Below, piece after piece: positions 15,090-24,892 of a stretch of DNA of 64,000 bases. Location of the stretch: the NCBI GenBank assembly GCA_038231435.1, contig JBBRLJ010000001.1:224001-288000 (forward strand), written 5' to 3'. This stretch comes from Planctomycetota bacterium (GTDB taxonomy: Bacteria; Planctomycetota; UBA11346). Within the stretch, counting starts at the first letter, position 1, and each line of letters opens with the position of its first letter. The notes under the pieces were generated by a model. The model saw only the letters and a list, made by a program, of their open reading frames with translations, searched no databases and had not been told where the DNA came from. The position numbers and the translations under genes were made by a program.

Positions 15090-16406
15090 TCAGCCCACGC
15101 TCGGCGGCACGTGCCCGTGCTCGCCGAGACGGCTCGAGGTCTGGTGCGCGATCTCCCGCGGTTCGCGCACCGCGAGCAGCGTCCACGCCAGCGAGGCGAG
15201 GCTGGCGGCCAATCCGATCGCCAGCATCGCGCCCACGCCCAGGCGCTCAGCGATGAATCCGCCGCACATCGGCACTACGAGCGCGAACACTCCGATCGCC
15301 AGATTGGACACCACCAGGTGCGCGAGCCGGCTGTCGTGCGGGCAGGTCTCGTGCACCAGGTAGAATCCGACGTTGGCGCAGCCGGTGGCGAGGCCCAGCA
15401 GGGCGTAGGTGACAGCGCAGCCGGCCACGCCCGGCCATGCCAGAGCCACGCCCAAGGCCGCGACCTGTAGTCCGGCTCCCCACGCCGCGGCCAGGCGGTT
15501 GCCGTGGCGGTCGGCGACGCGTCCGAAGACCAGCACCGCCACCGCGCGCCCCGCCGGAACACCGATGGCGCAGACCACCAGCGTCGCGGCGCCCAGCGCG
15601 CCGCCGGATACGGACGCGTAGACCAGCACCACGAATGGTAGCGCGCACAGGCCGGCGTTGCCGAGAATGCGGGCGACGATCACCGCACGCACGTTGCGAT
15701 CGCGCAGGCTCAGCGCGAATCGCTCGACAAGCGCGCGACCGCGCGGCGGAGGCGCTTCCTCCTGGTCGGCTGCCGGGTCGACGATGAACCAGAACAAGGC
15801 GATCGACATCGTGCAGGAGACTCCGCAGATGGCGAACAGCGTGCCGTAGACGTGATCGGGCGGCAGCGACGCGAGCAGGCGTCCGGCGAGCGCGACGCCC
15901 GCGATCTCGGCGACCGCCATGGTGCCCCACACCACTCCCGAGACGGTGCCCCGCACCGACGCGTCGAAGAGATGGGCGAACCAATCCATCCACACGGCGA
16001 CCACCATGCCCATCGACGCGTGGAAGCAGGCGAACGTCGCGAGCATTGCCATTACGAAGGCGCGGTCGGACAGCCCCCCGCCGCTGCCACCGCCGCTTCC
16101 CCCACAAAAAGCGGCGATCAGACCCATGATGTACAGGAACGGCAGCATGGTCGCGAAATGCCAGGCCAGGATGTGCTGCTTACGCCGCCGCCGCGATGGG
16201 AAGATGTATGGGCCAGCCACCTGCAGCATCATCGCGCCGCCTTCGATCGCACCGATCACGCCCGCAGCACGCTCACCAGCTCCATGCTGGTGCAGGAGCG
16301 ACATCAGCACCGTCGCCGGCGCAATCACCGCGTACCCGAACCCCCAGGCGGCCTCACCGAAAACGTTCAGGGCGGCATTGCGTACGAGAGGCTGGTCGCC
16401 GGGCAT
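15090..16406 (-). CDS. MFS transporter
   Basis: About 12 hydrophobic segments, GRVADRHGNR motif; start uncertain (16406 or 16442). Confidence 0.85.
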   Translation of the reverse strand: MPGDQPLVRNAALNVFGEAAWGFGYAVIAPATVLMSLLHQHGAGERAAGVIGAIEGGAMMLQVAGPYIFPSRRRRKQHILAWHFATMLPFLYIMGLIAAFCGGSGGGSGGGLSDRAFVMAMLATFACFHASMGMVVAVWMDWFAHLFDASVRGTVSGVVWGTMAVAEIAGVALAGRLLASLPPDHVYGTLFAICGVSCTMSIALFWFIVDPAADQEEAPPPRGRALVERFALSLRDRNVRAVIVARILGNAGLCALPFVVLVYASVSGGALGAATLVVCAIGVPAGRAVAVLVFGRVADRHGNRLAAAWGAGLQVAALGVALAWPGVAGCAVTYALLGLATGCANVGFYLVHETCPHDSRLAHLVVSNLAIGVFALVVPMCGGFIAERLGVGAMLAIGLAASLASLAWTLLAVREPREIAHQTSSRLGEHGHVPPSVG

Positions 16407-16519
16407 CGGGCCGCGAGCGTAGGATCGCACGTGGTTCGGCAATGGGAGTACCCGTGGCCGGCGGCGAGCCGAGCCCCATCAGGCCCCAGGTTCTCCGCTA
16501 TCCGCTCTCCGCTCTTCCC

Positions 16520-17017
16520 TCACCCCTCTACGGCCGTCGCCGTCGGCTTGCCGCCCACTCCCGCTCCACTGCGTTGGCACGCCGCGCAGACGCCATAGAG
16601 CTCCATGCGATGGTGGCTCATGTGGAAACCGTAGCTGTTGGCGACCTCGTCTTGCAGGGTTTCAATGCGATCGTGGTGGAATTCCTGGATGGCCCCGCAC
16701 GCCAAGCACACCAGATGGTCGTGGTGGTCCTTGTTGACCGCCGACTCGAAGCTCGCCGAGCCGCCACCGAAGTGACGTTTGTGCGCGACGCCGATCTCGA
16801 CCAGCATGTTCACGGTGCGATAGACCGTGGCCGCGCTCACCGAACGGTCGATGTCGCGCACCCGGCGATGCAGTTCCTCGACGGTGATGTGCTCGCCAGA
16901 GGCGAGGAAGGTCTCGAGCACCACCTGGCGCTGCGCCGTCCAGCGTACGCCGCGGCGACGCGCTTCCGCGCGCACGCTCCCCAGTACCGAGCGCAGGATG
17001 TCAGGCGGGGATTCCAC
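16520..17017 (-). CDS. fur: Fur-family transcriptional regulator
   Basis: TAQRQVVL, HITVEEL, ATVYRT, HHDHLVCLACG, ELYGVCAAC. Confidence 0.9.
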   Translation of the reverse strand: MESPPDILRSVLGSVRAEARRRGVRWTAQRQVVLETFLASGEHITVEELHRRVRDIDRSVSAATVYRTVNMLVEIGVAHKRHFGGGSASFESAVNKDHHDHLVCLACGAIQEFHHDRIETLQDEVANSYGFHMSHHRMELYGVCAACQRSGAGVGGKPTATAVEG

Positions 17018-17220
17018 AGTACCACCTTATAGCCGGGCAGTGATGCCCTCAAGCGCCAAAAGGCGCAAAAACGGCCCCGGAACGAGCGCGAGCGTCCACG
17101 TCGCCGCTGGCATCGCCCCACTTGGCGCGCCTGCTGGGCCATGTATGGTCCCGGCCGCCATCATCGTCGACCCGTCGCCAACCACGACCGACATCCACCT
17201 TCCGCCCATCCGAGGATCCC

Positions 17221-18204
17221 ATGCCCAAGACCATGCGCGTAGCCGTCACCGGCGCCGCCGGCGCCATCTGCTACAGCCTGCTGCCGCGTATCGCCTCGGG
17301 CGAGATGTTCGGCAAGGACGTGCCGGTGATCCTGCAGCTGCTCGAAGTCCCGGTCGAGAAGCCACAGGCCGCGCTGCGCGGCGTGGCCATGGAACTCGAG
17401 GACTGCGCGTTCCCGCTGCTGCAGGACGTTATCCTCAGCGACAAGCCAGACGTCGCCTTCAAGGACGCCAACTGGTGCCTGCTGGTCGGATCGAAGCCGC
17501 GCGGGCCGGGCATGGAGCGCGCCGACCTGCTCAAGGACAACGGCAGGATCTTCATCGGCCAGGGCACCTCGATCGACTCCGTCGCTGCCGACGACTGTCG
17601 CGTCGCGGTCGTCGGCAATCCTTGCAACACCAACTGCATGATCGCCGCCAAGCAGGCGAAGCGCCTGAAGCCCGAACGCTTCACCGCCATGGTGCGTCTC
17701 GACCAGAACCGCGCCGTCACCCAACTCGCCAAGAAGGCCGGCGTGCCGGTCACCGCCATCACCGACCTGATCGTCTACGGCAACCACAGCCCGACCATGT
17801 TCCCCGATTTCCTCAACGCCAAGATCGGCGGCAGAAAGGTCTCCGAGGTCATCACGGACGAGGCTTGGCTGAAGGAGACCTTCATCCCGACTGTCGGCAA
17901 ACGCGGCGCGGCGATCATCGAGGCGCGCGGCATGTCGAGCGCGTTTTCGGCCGCGAACGCCCTCATCGACCACGTGCGCGCCCTGTCCACGACCGGCAAT
18001 ACCCTGCACTCGATCGCCGTCTGCAGTGACGGCAGCTACGGCTTCGCCGCCGGCGTCTGGGCCGGAGTCCCCGTCCGCACCACCGCCCCCGGCACCTATG
18101 CCGTCGACAAGACCCTCGTGCACGGCGAGTTCGCCAAGGCGAAGCTCGCCGCGACCAACGCCGAACTCACCGGCGAACGCGATCTCGTAAAAGAACTCTT
18201 ATAG
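17221..18204 (+). CDS. mdh: Malate dehydrogenase
   Basis: [63 protein letters not shown]. Confidence 0.96.
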   Translation: MPKTMRVAVTGAAGAICYSLLPRIASGEMFGKDVPVILQLLEVPVEKPQAALRGVAMELEDCAFPLLQDVILSDKPDVAFKDANWCLLVGSKPRGPGMERADLLKDNGRIFIGQGTSIDSVAADDCRVAVVGNPCNTNCMIAAKQAKRLKPERFTAMVRLDQNRAVTQLAKKAGVPVTAITDLIVYGNHSPTMFPDFLNAKIGGRKVSEVITDEAWLKETFIPTVGKRGAAIIEARGMSSAFSAANALIDHVRALSTTGNTLHSIAVCSDGSYGFAAGVWAGVPVRTTAPGTYAVDKTLVHGEFAKAKLAATNAELTGERDLVKELL

Positions 18205-18427
18205 TTGGGGGGCTACGGCCCCCCAACATCGCGCTCCGCGCTGCCCCCCACGCCGCAGGAGACAATCGGGTTTGGGAGCAGGCGCTTAGCGCTGCTCGAA
18301 TCCAGGATATACATGTTAGCCGAGATCAGGTCGAGCAGCGCGCAGCGCCATGCTCCCAAACCCCACCGCTCCCTGCCTCCTTGGGGGCAGCGCGGAGCGC
18401 GATGATGGGGGGCCGTAGCCCCCCATC
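18204..18427. repeat. REPIN/MITE-like fold-back: two ~95-nt inverted units, each beginning with a GGGGGGC-TACG-GCCCCCC hairpin
   Basis: Left arm 18204-18299 is the imperfect reverse complement of right arm 18331-18427. Confidence 0.85.
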
Positions 18428-19052
18428 AAAAAGCTTCTGCGACCACGATGAGGATCCGCTCCGACTCGCTGCCGCTGCCCAGCGCCCCGATCAGGCGCGC
18501 CTCGCCCGCACGCAGCACCACCGCCGGGTTCACCGTCTGGGTGGAGTGGGTGAGCGGCCGGCCCAGGTCCCACTTCTCGACGCCGACCAGCGGCGCCCGC
18601 GAATTGATGGATTTCAGCGCGTAATTGCCGTCGATGTGGATGCGACCCTCGCGGTCAATGGTGGGCACGATGCGCACGCTGACGCCTTCGTCCCATTCGC
18701 TCTGGCGCTGCACCATGCCGCCGCCGGGGGCAGGCTCGAGATAGGTGGCCTTGTGGGTGTTGGTGGCCGAGGCCTCCTTGCCGATGACCGCCTCGACGCG
18801 CGAGAACGCGACCTGCTTCACCTGGTCCTGATCGAGCAGGGCCAGGGCCTTGGCGAGCGGCAGCTCCTCGGGCAGCTGTCCGGTGCGCGCATCCTTCCCC
18901 AGCCGCTCGAGCGCTCCGGGTTGCAGATCCAGGCAGTAGAACTTGAAGACATACTGCGCATCCGCCGCCGCCACGCGGCCAGGGACGATTCCGGACATGA
19001 GCCCGATCAAGACGAGCACGACGAGTGGCGACCAGTGCATGCGAAGCGCCAT
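18426..19052 (-). CDS. Exported protein with minimal secretin-like domain
   Basis: GGAGG SD before ATG 19052; signal peptide ending AAA; GVSVRIVPTIDREGRIHI and VVLRAGEARLIGAL resemble secretin core strands. Confidence 0.55.
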   Translation of the reverse strand: MALRMHWSPLVVLVLIGLMSGIVPGRVAAADAQYVFKFYCLDLQPGALERLGKDARTGQLPEELPLAKALALLDQDQVKQVAFSRVEAVIGKEASATNTHKATYLEPAPGGGMVQRQSEWDEGVSVRIVPTIDREGRIHIDGNYALKSINSRAPLVGVEKWDLGRPLTHSTQTVNPAVVLRAGEARLIGALGSGSESERILIVVAEAF

Positions 19053-19194
19053 GGATCCTCCGAGGCGGGCATGGTCCAGGGCCCGATCCTGGATGCCAGT
19101 GGTGACGACGTCGGTGAGCACCCTTTGCACCACCCACTCCGGGCCCAGCGCGGCACGCCTCATCACCCTCGATCGCCCCTGGATCCCGCCCCGA

Positions 19195-19599
19195 TCAGGC
19201 CAGGGGGCACCCATGGATGGCCAACACCTGCCAGCGTCGGTCCTGGCTCCACACCCGCCCCCGCACCCGTTCGGATACCGCCCACAGCAAGGCCGGCCAT
19301 GCGGCGAGCGCCACCTCGCGGCCGCGCATCTGCCGCACCAGCATGGCGGCGCGTTGGTGGTCGACCGGCAGCACGCGCAAGTCTGGGAAGGCTGACAGCA
19401 GCCAGGAGAGGCGCGAAAACTGCCGTTCGTCGCGCACCCGCGCCAACAGGCTCTGCCGCACCCAGCCGAGCAGGAACAGGCGCCGGTCGCCGAGATGGCG
19501 GGCGAAGGCGTGCACGATCATCGGATCGGGTGCTTGGCGGCTGAAGGCCTTCACCCAGATGTCGTGATCGGGCAGGATCGGATCCGCGTCCTTGCCCAC
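19195..19599 (-). CDS. vapC: VapC-like PIN-domain protein with degenerate active site
   Basis: ILPDHDIWV (cf. ILVDTSVWI), VWSQDRRW (cf. LFTTDRDF), 134 aa, directly downstream of vapB. Confidence 0.75.
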   Translation of the reverse strand: MGKDADPILPDHDIWVKAFSRQAPDPMIVHAFARHLGDRRLFLLGWVRQSLLARVRDERQFSRLSWLLSAFPDLRVLPVDHQRAAMLVRQMRGREVALAAWPALLWAVSERVRGRVWSQDRRWQVLAIHGCPLA

Positions 19600-19601
19600 C
19601 C

Positions 19602-19796
19602 TCAGGACTCCGTGGGCGGCGATGAGATCACCGGCTGGAAATCGATGGTGCCCAGGAAGTCGATGGTCTTGAGCTGTTTTCGATAGGCGATCGCCTCCTT
19701 CACGGCTGCGTCCACGGCCTCCCGCTTGCTACGGAAGTCACCGACACGCATGAGCTCTTCGATCGCCTGAATATCGATATCGAGATTGGTGGCCAT
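19602..19796 (-). CDS. vapB: VapB-family antitoxin (64 aa)
   Basis: MATNLDIDIQAIEELMRVGDFRSKREAVDAAVKEAIAYRKQLKTIDFLGTIDF fits the MxTNLxID..TKxEAV..AL RHH-type VapB pattern. Confidence 0.88.
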   Translation of the reverse strand: MATNLDIDIQAIEELMRVGDFRSKREAVDAAVKEAIAYRKQLKTIDFLGTIDFQPVISSPPTES

Positions 19797-19830
19797 GTTC
19801 GCACAATACATTGTGCGAACATGGCCGCAA
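19791..19830. promoter_or_regulatory. Perfect 17-bp inverted repeat (putative VapBC operator) overlapping a putative leaderless vapB promoter
   Basis: GGCCATGTTCGCACAAT-AC-ATTGTGCGAACATGGCC (19791-19826); on the minus strand TTGCGG-16nt-TATTGT-6nt-ATG. Confidence 0.75.
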
Positions 19831-19912
19831 GCGCCTGGTTTCCATTGTCGCAGGCAGCCGACATGGCAAGAATTCGGTCGCCCTTGAGCTGGCGAAGTTC
19901 GTCGCCGGCGTT

Positions 19913-19942
19913 TTCGCACAATGATTCGCACAATGATCGCAC
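19913..19942 (+). repeat. Tandem TTCGCACAATGA x2 plus TCGCAC upstream of sucA
   Basis: Same core as the 19791-19826 palindrome half-site. Confidence 0.85.
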
Positions 19943-19958
19943 CCCCAGACGGAAGCCC

Positions 19959-22808
19959 ATGATCGTCCCCACCTCCATCGGCAGCGCAGCCAATCTCCCC
20001 CAGCTCGAGGAGATGTACGAACGTTGGAAGCAGGATCCCCAGCAGGTGGATCGCGACTGGCAGATGTTCTTCGCCGGATTCGACCTGGGCCTCGACCGGC
20101 CGCCGGAGTCCTCTGCCGGAGACGGCACGCCCAAGGCGGCGCCCTCCACCGATCTCGCCCGGCAACCTGGCCGCAACGAGCAGGAACGCGTCGACAGCCT
20201 GATCGACGCCTACCGCGACATCGGCCACACCATCTGCGAGCTCGATCCACTGGGCTTCAACAATCTCGCGTACAATCCTGCGCTCGAGCTGAAGGCCTTC
20301 GGCCTGCACGACGAGGATCTCGACCACGAGTTCGCCTGCGATCGCATCACCGGTCTCGGCCGGCGCGCGCGCCTGCGCGACATCATCGACTACCTGAAAG
20401 CCACCTACTGCGGGCACATCGGCGTCGAGTACCAGCACATCCAGGATCGCATCATCCGCTCGTGGGTGCGCGACGAGGTCGAGCGCGACCGCAACCAGCC
20501 CAGCCTGTCTCGCGACGAGAAGCAGCGCGTACTGATGAAGCTGCATCAGGCTGAGATGCTCGAGACCTTCATCCACACCAAGTTCCTCGGCCAGAAGCGC
20601 TTTTCCATCGAAGGCGGAGAAGCGCTGCTGCCAGCGCTGGACACCATCATCGAGATGGCCCCCGAGCTGGGCGTGAAGGAGATCGTGATGGGCATGGCCC
20701 ATCGCGGGCGGCTCAATGTGCTCTGCAACACGCTCAACAAATCCTATGAAGAGGTGTTCACCGAATTCGAAGGCTCGTACGACATCAATGAGCTGCAAGG
20801 CGACGGCGACGTCAAATACCACCTCGGCTTCAGCTCCGACCACATCAGTGCGACCGGCGCCAAGATCCACCTGACGCTGTCGGCGAATCCGAGCCACCTC
20901 GAGGCCGTCGATCCGGTGGTGCTCGGCCGCGTGCGCGGCAAGCAGCGTCAGCACCAGGACACCGACAGCCGTTCGGCGGTCATCCCCATCCTCATCCATG
21001 GCGACGCCGCCTTCGCAGGCCAGGGACTGGTTATGGAGGTCTTCCAGCTCAGCCAGCTCGAAGGCTACACCACCGGCGGCACCATCCACATCATCGGCAA
21101 CAACCAGATCGGCTTCACCACCCTGCCCGCCGATGGCCGCTCCACGCGATACTGCACCGACATCGCCAAGATGGTCGACGCGCCGGTATTCCATGTGAAT
21201 GGCGACGATCCCGAAGCGGTAGTTCACGTCGCCAAGATGGCGATGCGCTACCGCATGAAGTTCAAGCGCGACGTGGTCATCGACATCGTCTGCTACAGGC
21301 GCTGGGGCCACAACGAGAGCGACGAGCCGAACTACACCCAACCGACGATGTACGCGCGCATCGCCGAACACACGCGCATCGCCAAGCTCTACACCCAGAA
21401 GCTGCTCGATGTCGGCGAGATCCAGCAGGCCGAGGCCGAGGCAGTCGCGACCATCATGCAGAATCAGCTGCAGGACGCACTGAACACCGTGAAGGTGAAG
21501 CCGGCCAAGCTCACCCGCAACCGTTTCGGCGGCGTGTGGGAAGGCATGACCAACGCCTACACCCACGACGCGGTGGAGACCGGGGTGCCGGTGGCAACCC
21601 TCGAGAGCATCGGCAAGGCGCTCGCCACTTGGCCGCATGACTTCAACATCCATCCGAAGATCAAACGGCTCGCCGAGGACCGCGGCAAGGTCGTCGCATC
21701 GCACGGGCGCATCGACTGGGCCCTGGGCGAGCTGTTGTCGATCGGCTCGCTGCTGATCGACGGCATCCCGGCGCGCCTGAGCGGCCAGGATTCCCGCCGC
21801 GGTACCTTCAGCCAGCGCCACTCGTACTGGTACGACATCAAGAGCCGACTGCGCTACAAGCCACTCTCGCACATCGCGCCCGGCCAGGCCAACTTCTGCG
21901 TGTACAACAGCCCGCTGTCTGAAGCCGCGGTGATGGGCTTCGACTACGGCTATTCGCTGTCGGAACCCAACATGCTGATCATGTGGGAAGCCCAGTTCGG
22001 CGACTTCGTCAATGGCGCGCAGGTCATCATCGACCAGTTCCTGACCTCGAGCGAATCCAAGTGGGGCCGCGTGTCGGGCATCGTCCTGCTGCTGCCGCAC
22101 GGCCAGGAGGGCGCCGGTCCCGAACACAGCTCGGCGCGCCTCGAGCGCTTCCTGCAGCAAGCCGCCGAGGACAACATCCAAGTCGCCTACTGCACCACCG
22201 CCGCCCAGCACTTCCACATCCTGCGCCGTCAGATGCACCGCAAGGTGCGCAAGCCGCTCATCTTGATGACCCCGAAGGGCCACCTGCGTTCGAAGCAGGC
22301 GTCGAGCGACTTCGACGAGCTGGTCTCGGGGCGCTTCCACGAGATCCTGCAGGATCCGCTGTTCTCGATCCCGGGCGCGGCCAACGCCGCGGTGAAACCC
22401 GGCAAGGCCGATGCGAAGGCTGACAAGGTCAAGCGCGTGGTGCTGGCGACCGGCAAGGTCGCCCACGAACTCATCGATCGCCGCAACGAGGAGAAGCTCG
22501 ACGGCGTCGCGGTGGTGCGCATCGAACAACTGTATCCGCTGCACGAGCAGCTGTTGCTCGACACGCTCAAGCCGTTCGCGAAGGCCGAGATCGTGTGGTG
22601 CCAGGAGGAGCCACAGAACATGGGCGCATGGACGTTCATCCGTCCGTATCTGCGCCGCCTCTTCGGCAAGGAAGTCGTCTACGCCGGACGCGAGCCCGCC
22701 GCGAGCCCGGCGACCGGCAGCGCGGGCCTCTTCCAGCTCGAGCAGGAAGCCCTGCTCTCGGCCGCGCTCGGCATTCCCGCGCGCACCCTGGTCAAGGGGC
22801 ACCACTGA
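19959..22808 (+). CDS. sucA: 2-oxoglutarate dehydrogenase E1
   Basis: GQKRFSIEG, GMAHRGRLN, GDVKYHLG, NPSHLE, HGDAAFAGQG, NNQIGFTT, RLSGQD, WEAQFGDF, PEHSSAR, QEEPQNMG. Confidence 0.98.
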   Translation: MIVPTSIGSAANLPQLEEMYERWKQDPQQVDRDWQMFFAGFDLGLDRPPESSAGDGTPKAAPSTDLARQPGRNEQERVDSLIDAYRDIGHTICELDPLGFNNLAYNPALELKAFGLHDEDLDHEFACDRITGLGRRARLRDIIDYLKATYCGHIGVEYQHIQDRIIRSWVRDEVERDRNQPSLSRDEKQRVLMKLHQAEMLETFIHTKFLGQKRFSIEGGEALLPALDTIIEMAPELGVKEIVMGMAHRGRLNVLCNTLNKSYEEVFTEFEGSYDINELQGDGDVKYHLGFSSDHISATGAKIHLTLSANPSHLEAVDPVVLGRVRGKQRQHQDTDSRSAVIPILIHGDAAFAGQGLVMEVFQLSQLEGYTTGGTIHIIGNNQIGFTTLPADGRSTRYCTDIAKMVDAPVFHVNGDDPEAVVHVAKMAMRYRMKFKRDVVIDIVCYRRWGHNESDEPNYTQPTMYARIAEHTRIAKLYTQKLLDVGEIQQAEAEAVATIMQNQLQDALNTVKVKPAKLTRNRFGGVWEGMTNAYTHDAVETGVPVATLESIGKALATWPHDFNIHPKIKRLAEDRGKVVASHGRIDWALGELLSIGSLLIDGIPARLSGQDSRRGTFSQRHSYWYDIKSRLRYKPLSHIAPGQANFCVYNSPLSEAAVMGFDYGYSLSEPNMLIMWEAQFGDFVNGAQVIIDQFLTSSESKWGRVSGIVLLLPHGQEGAGPEHSSARLERFLQQAAEDNIQVAYCTTAAQHFHILRRQMHRKVRKPLILMTPKGHLRSKQASSDFDELVSGRFHEILQDPLFSIPGAANAAVKPGKADAKADKVKRVVLATGKVAHELIDRRNEEKLDGVAVVRIEQLYPLHEQLLLDTLKPFAKAEIVWCQEEPQNMGAWTFIRPYLRRLFGKEVVYAGREPAASPATGSAGLFQLEQEALLSAALGIPARTLVKGHH

Positions 22809-22889
22809 TGGCACCGCTCACGCATTCTCGCCGCTCTCAGCCAACCGCACGCTCCCGCGCCTCCAACCTCCGTGAAAGCACGCCAAGCC

Positions 22890-24191
22890 ATGCATAACGT
22901 CGTCATCCCCGCGGTCGGTGAGAGCATCACCGAGGGCACCGTCGCCCGCTGGCTCGTCCAGGACGGCGCCATCGTCGCAGACACCACGCCCCTGTACGAG
23001 CTCGAGACCGACAAGATCTCGACCGAGGTCCAGGCGGGCGCGGCCGGGCAGGTCCGGCTCAAAGCCAAGGAAGGCGAGACCGTGCCGGTCGGCGGCATCG
23101 TCGCCGAGATCGATACCACCAAGGCCGGATCGCCGGCTTCGCCGGCGCGTCCGGCCGAAGGCGCCTCGGTGCGTGCTCCGGCGGAAGCGGCCAGGCCCGG
23201 CGCCGATCGCGTTCAAACAGCGGCGCCTGCATCTGCGGCAAAGAATGCCACGCTGAGCCCCGCGGTGAAGAAGCTGGTCGCGGACAACCGCCTCGATCCC
23301 GCCGCCCTTCCCGGCAGCGGTAAAGACGGACTCGTCACCAAAGGTGATGTGATCGCGGCCCTGGACGCGCCCGCGAATCCAGGAGCGAATCCAGGAGGAA
23401 AGAAACCCGGCGACAAGGAGCGGCCGAGCACGCGCTCGTACACCCCCTCGACCGAACCCAAGGAAGCCGCGGCTCCGGTCGAACGCCCGGGTGGCGGTGT
23501 GAGCCGCAAGCGCATGAGCGCGCTGAGGAACCGCATCGCCCAGCGCTTGGTCCAGGCCCAGCACACCGCGGCGATCCTGACCACCTTCAACGAGATCGAC
23601 ATGACGGCGTGCATGGAGATGCGCAAGCGCTTCAAAGAGGAATTCGAGAAGAAGCTCGGCGTCGGCCTCGGCTTCATGTCGTTCTTCACCGCCGCCGCGG
23701 TCAAGGCGCTGCAGAAGTATCCGCTGGTGAACAGCCAGATCGACGGCGGTGACATCGTCTCGTTCGACCACATCAATGTCGGCGTCGCCGTCGGCACCGA
23801 GAAGGGCCTGGTCGTCCCGGTCCTGCGCCACGCCGAGCGCATGTCCTTCGCCGATATCGAACGCTCGATCCGCGAAGCGGCGGCCAAGGCGCGCGAAGGC
23901 AAGCTAGGGATCGACGACATGCAGGGTGGCACCTTCACCATCACCAATGGAGGCGTCTACGGATCCTTGATGTCGACCCCGATCATCAATCCTCCGCAGA
24001 GCGGCATCCTGGGCATGCACTCGATCAAAGAGCGCCCGATGGCGGTGAACGGCCAGGTGGTCATCCGTCCGATGATGTACGTGGCCCTCAGCTACGACCA
24101 CCGCATCGTCGACGGCGCCGAGGCGGTCGGATTCCTGGTGCGCATCAAGGAGCTGATCGAGGCTCCCGAGCGCATGGTGCTCGGGCTGTAG
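22890..24191 (+). CDS. sucB: Dihydrolipoamide succinyltransferase E2
   Basis: [12 protein letters not shown] lipoyl site, [30 protein letters not shown]. Confidence 0.97.
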   Translation: MHNVVIPAVGESITEGTVARWLVQDGAIVADTTPLYELETDKISTEVQAGAAGQVRLKAKEGETVPVGGIVAEIDTTKAGSPASPARPAEGASVRAPAEAARPGADRVQTAAPASAAKNATLSPAVKKLVADNRLDPAALPGSGKDGLVTKGDVIAALDAPANPGANPGGKKPGDKERPSTRSYTPSTEPKEAAAPVERPGGGVSRKRMSALRNRIAQRLVQAQHTAAILTTFNEIDMTACMEMRKRFKEEFEKKLGVGLGFMSFFTAAAVKALQKYPLVNSQIDGGDIVSFDHINVGVAVGTEKGLVVPVLRHAERMSFADIERSIREAAAKAREGKLGIDDMQGGTFTITNGGVYGSLMSTPIINPPQSGILGMHSIKERPMAVNGQVVIRPMMYVALSYDHRIVDGAEAVGFLVRIKELIEAPERMVLGL

Positions 24192-24202
24192 AGCGTATCC
24201 GC

Positions 24203-24805
24203 ATGGCGATGCTGCGCGCGTTCGGTCCGGGATTCCTCGCGGAGCGGTTCATGGCGGAGAGCCCGCTGCAGCACTGCGCCACGATCTCGTCATCCCAGCC
24301 CGATCCGGCGACGGATGCGTGGCCGGGCGTGAACATCGCGGTGAGCCTCGCGCCGTGGGGCGACTGGCATGCGCGCATCGCCGACGCGCTCGGCTTCGTG
24401 TCATCGGCCCACGTCGAGATCGAACGCCTGCGTTCGCGCTACGGCGCGCTCGAATCGTGGTTGGACTTCCCCGTGACCCGACGCCTCGGCGCCGAGACCC
24501 AGGACCACGAATTCCCACCTCGCCTGCTCGCCTTGTTGTCGGCGCTCGGGCTCGGTCTGCGCATGTCCTACCACTCCGCAGATTTCTCGGGCGCCGCCGA
24601 GCGTCACCCGCGCATCTTCGCGCATCCCGAGGTGTGCAACGGCAAGCCGGTGATCCGCGGCACCCGCGTGCTGGTGCGCAACCTGGTCGACGCCCTCGCC
24701 GAGGGCCGCACCCATTCCTCCATCATCGAGGACTTCCCGGACATCGCCGCCGAGGACATCGCCGCCGCCGTCGCCTTCATCCGCGAACAAGCCGAACGCG
24801 CCTGA
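24203..24805 (+). CDS. Hypothetical protein with C-terminal DUF433 (antitoxin-like) domain
   Basis: PEVCNGKPVIRGTRVLVRNLVDALAEG...IIEDFPDIAAEDIAAAVAF; ~130-aa N-terminal domain of unknown function. Confidence 0.8.
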   Translation: MAMLRAFGPGFLAERFMAESPLQHCATISSSQPDPATDAWPGVNIAVSLAPWGDWHARIADALGFVSSAHVEIERLRSRYGALESWLDFPVTRRLGAETQDHEFPPRLLALLSALGLGLRMSYHSADFSGAAERHPRIFAHPEVCNGKPVIRGTRVLVRNLVDALAEGRTHSSIIEDFPDIAAEDIAAAVAFIREQAERA

Positions 24806-24892
24806 CCCGCTCCCTTTCTCCAGAAACCTCCCTCTGCTCTCACTGCTCTCCGCTTCCCCCCTTCTCCCTTCCCCGCCCTCTAGGACCTCCCC

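Noticed and set aside
18205..18573. ORFs 18205..18405 (+) and 18316..18573 (-) sharing MGGYGPPxSRSALPP
   Set aside because: By-product of the inverted repeat; no independent coding evidence
19797..22814. 1070-aa minus-strand ORF 19602..22814
   Set aside because: Antisense shadow of sucA; only the last 64 codons (vapB, ATG 19796) look like a real protein
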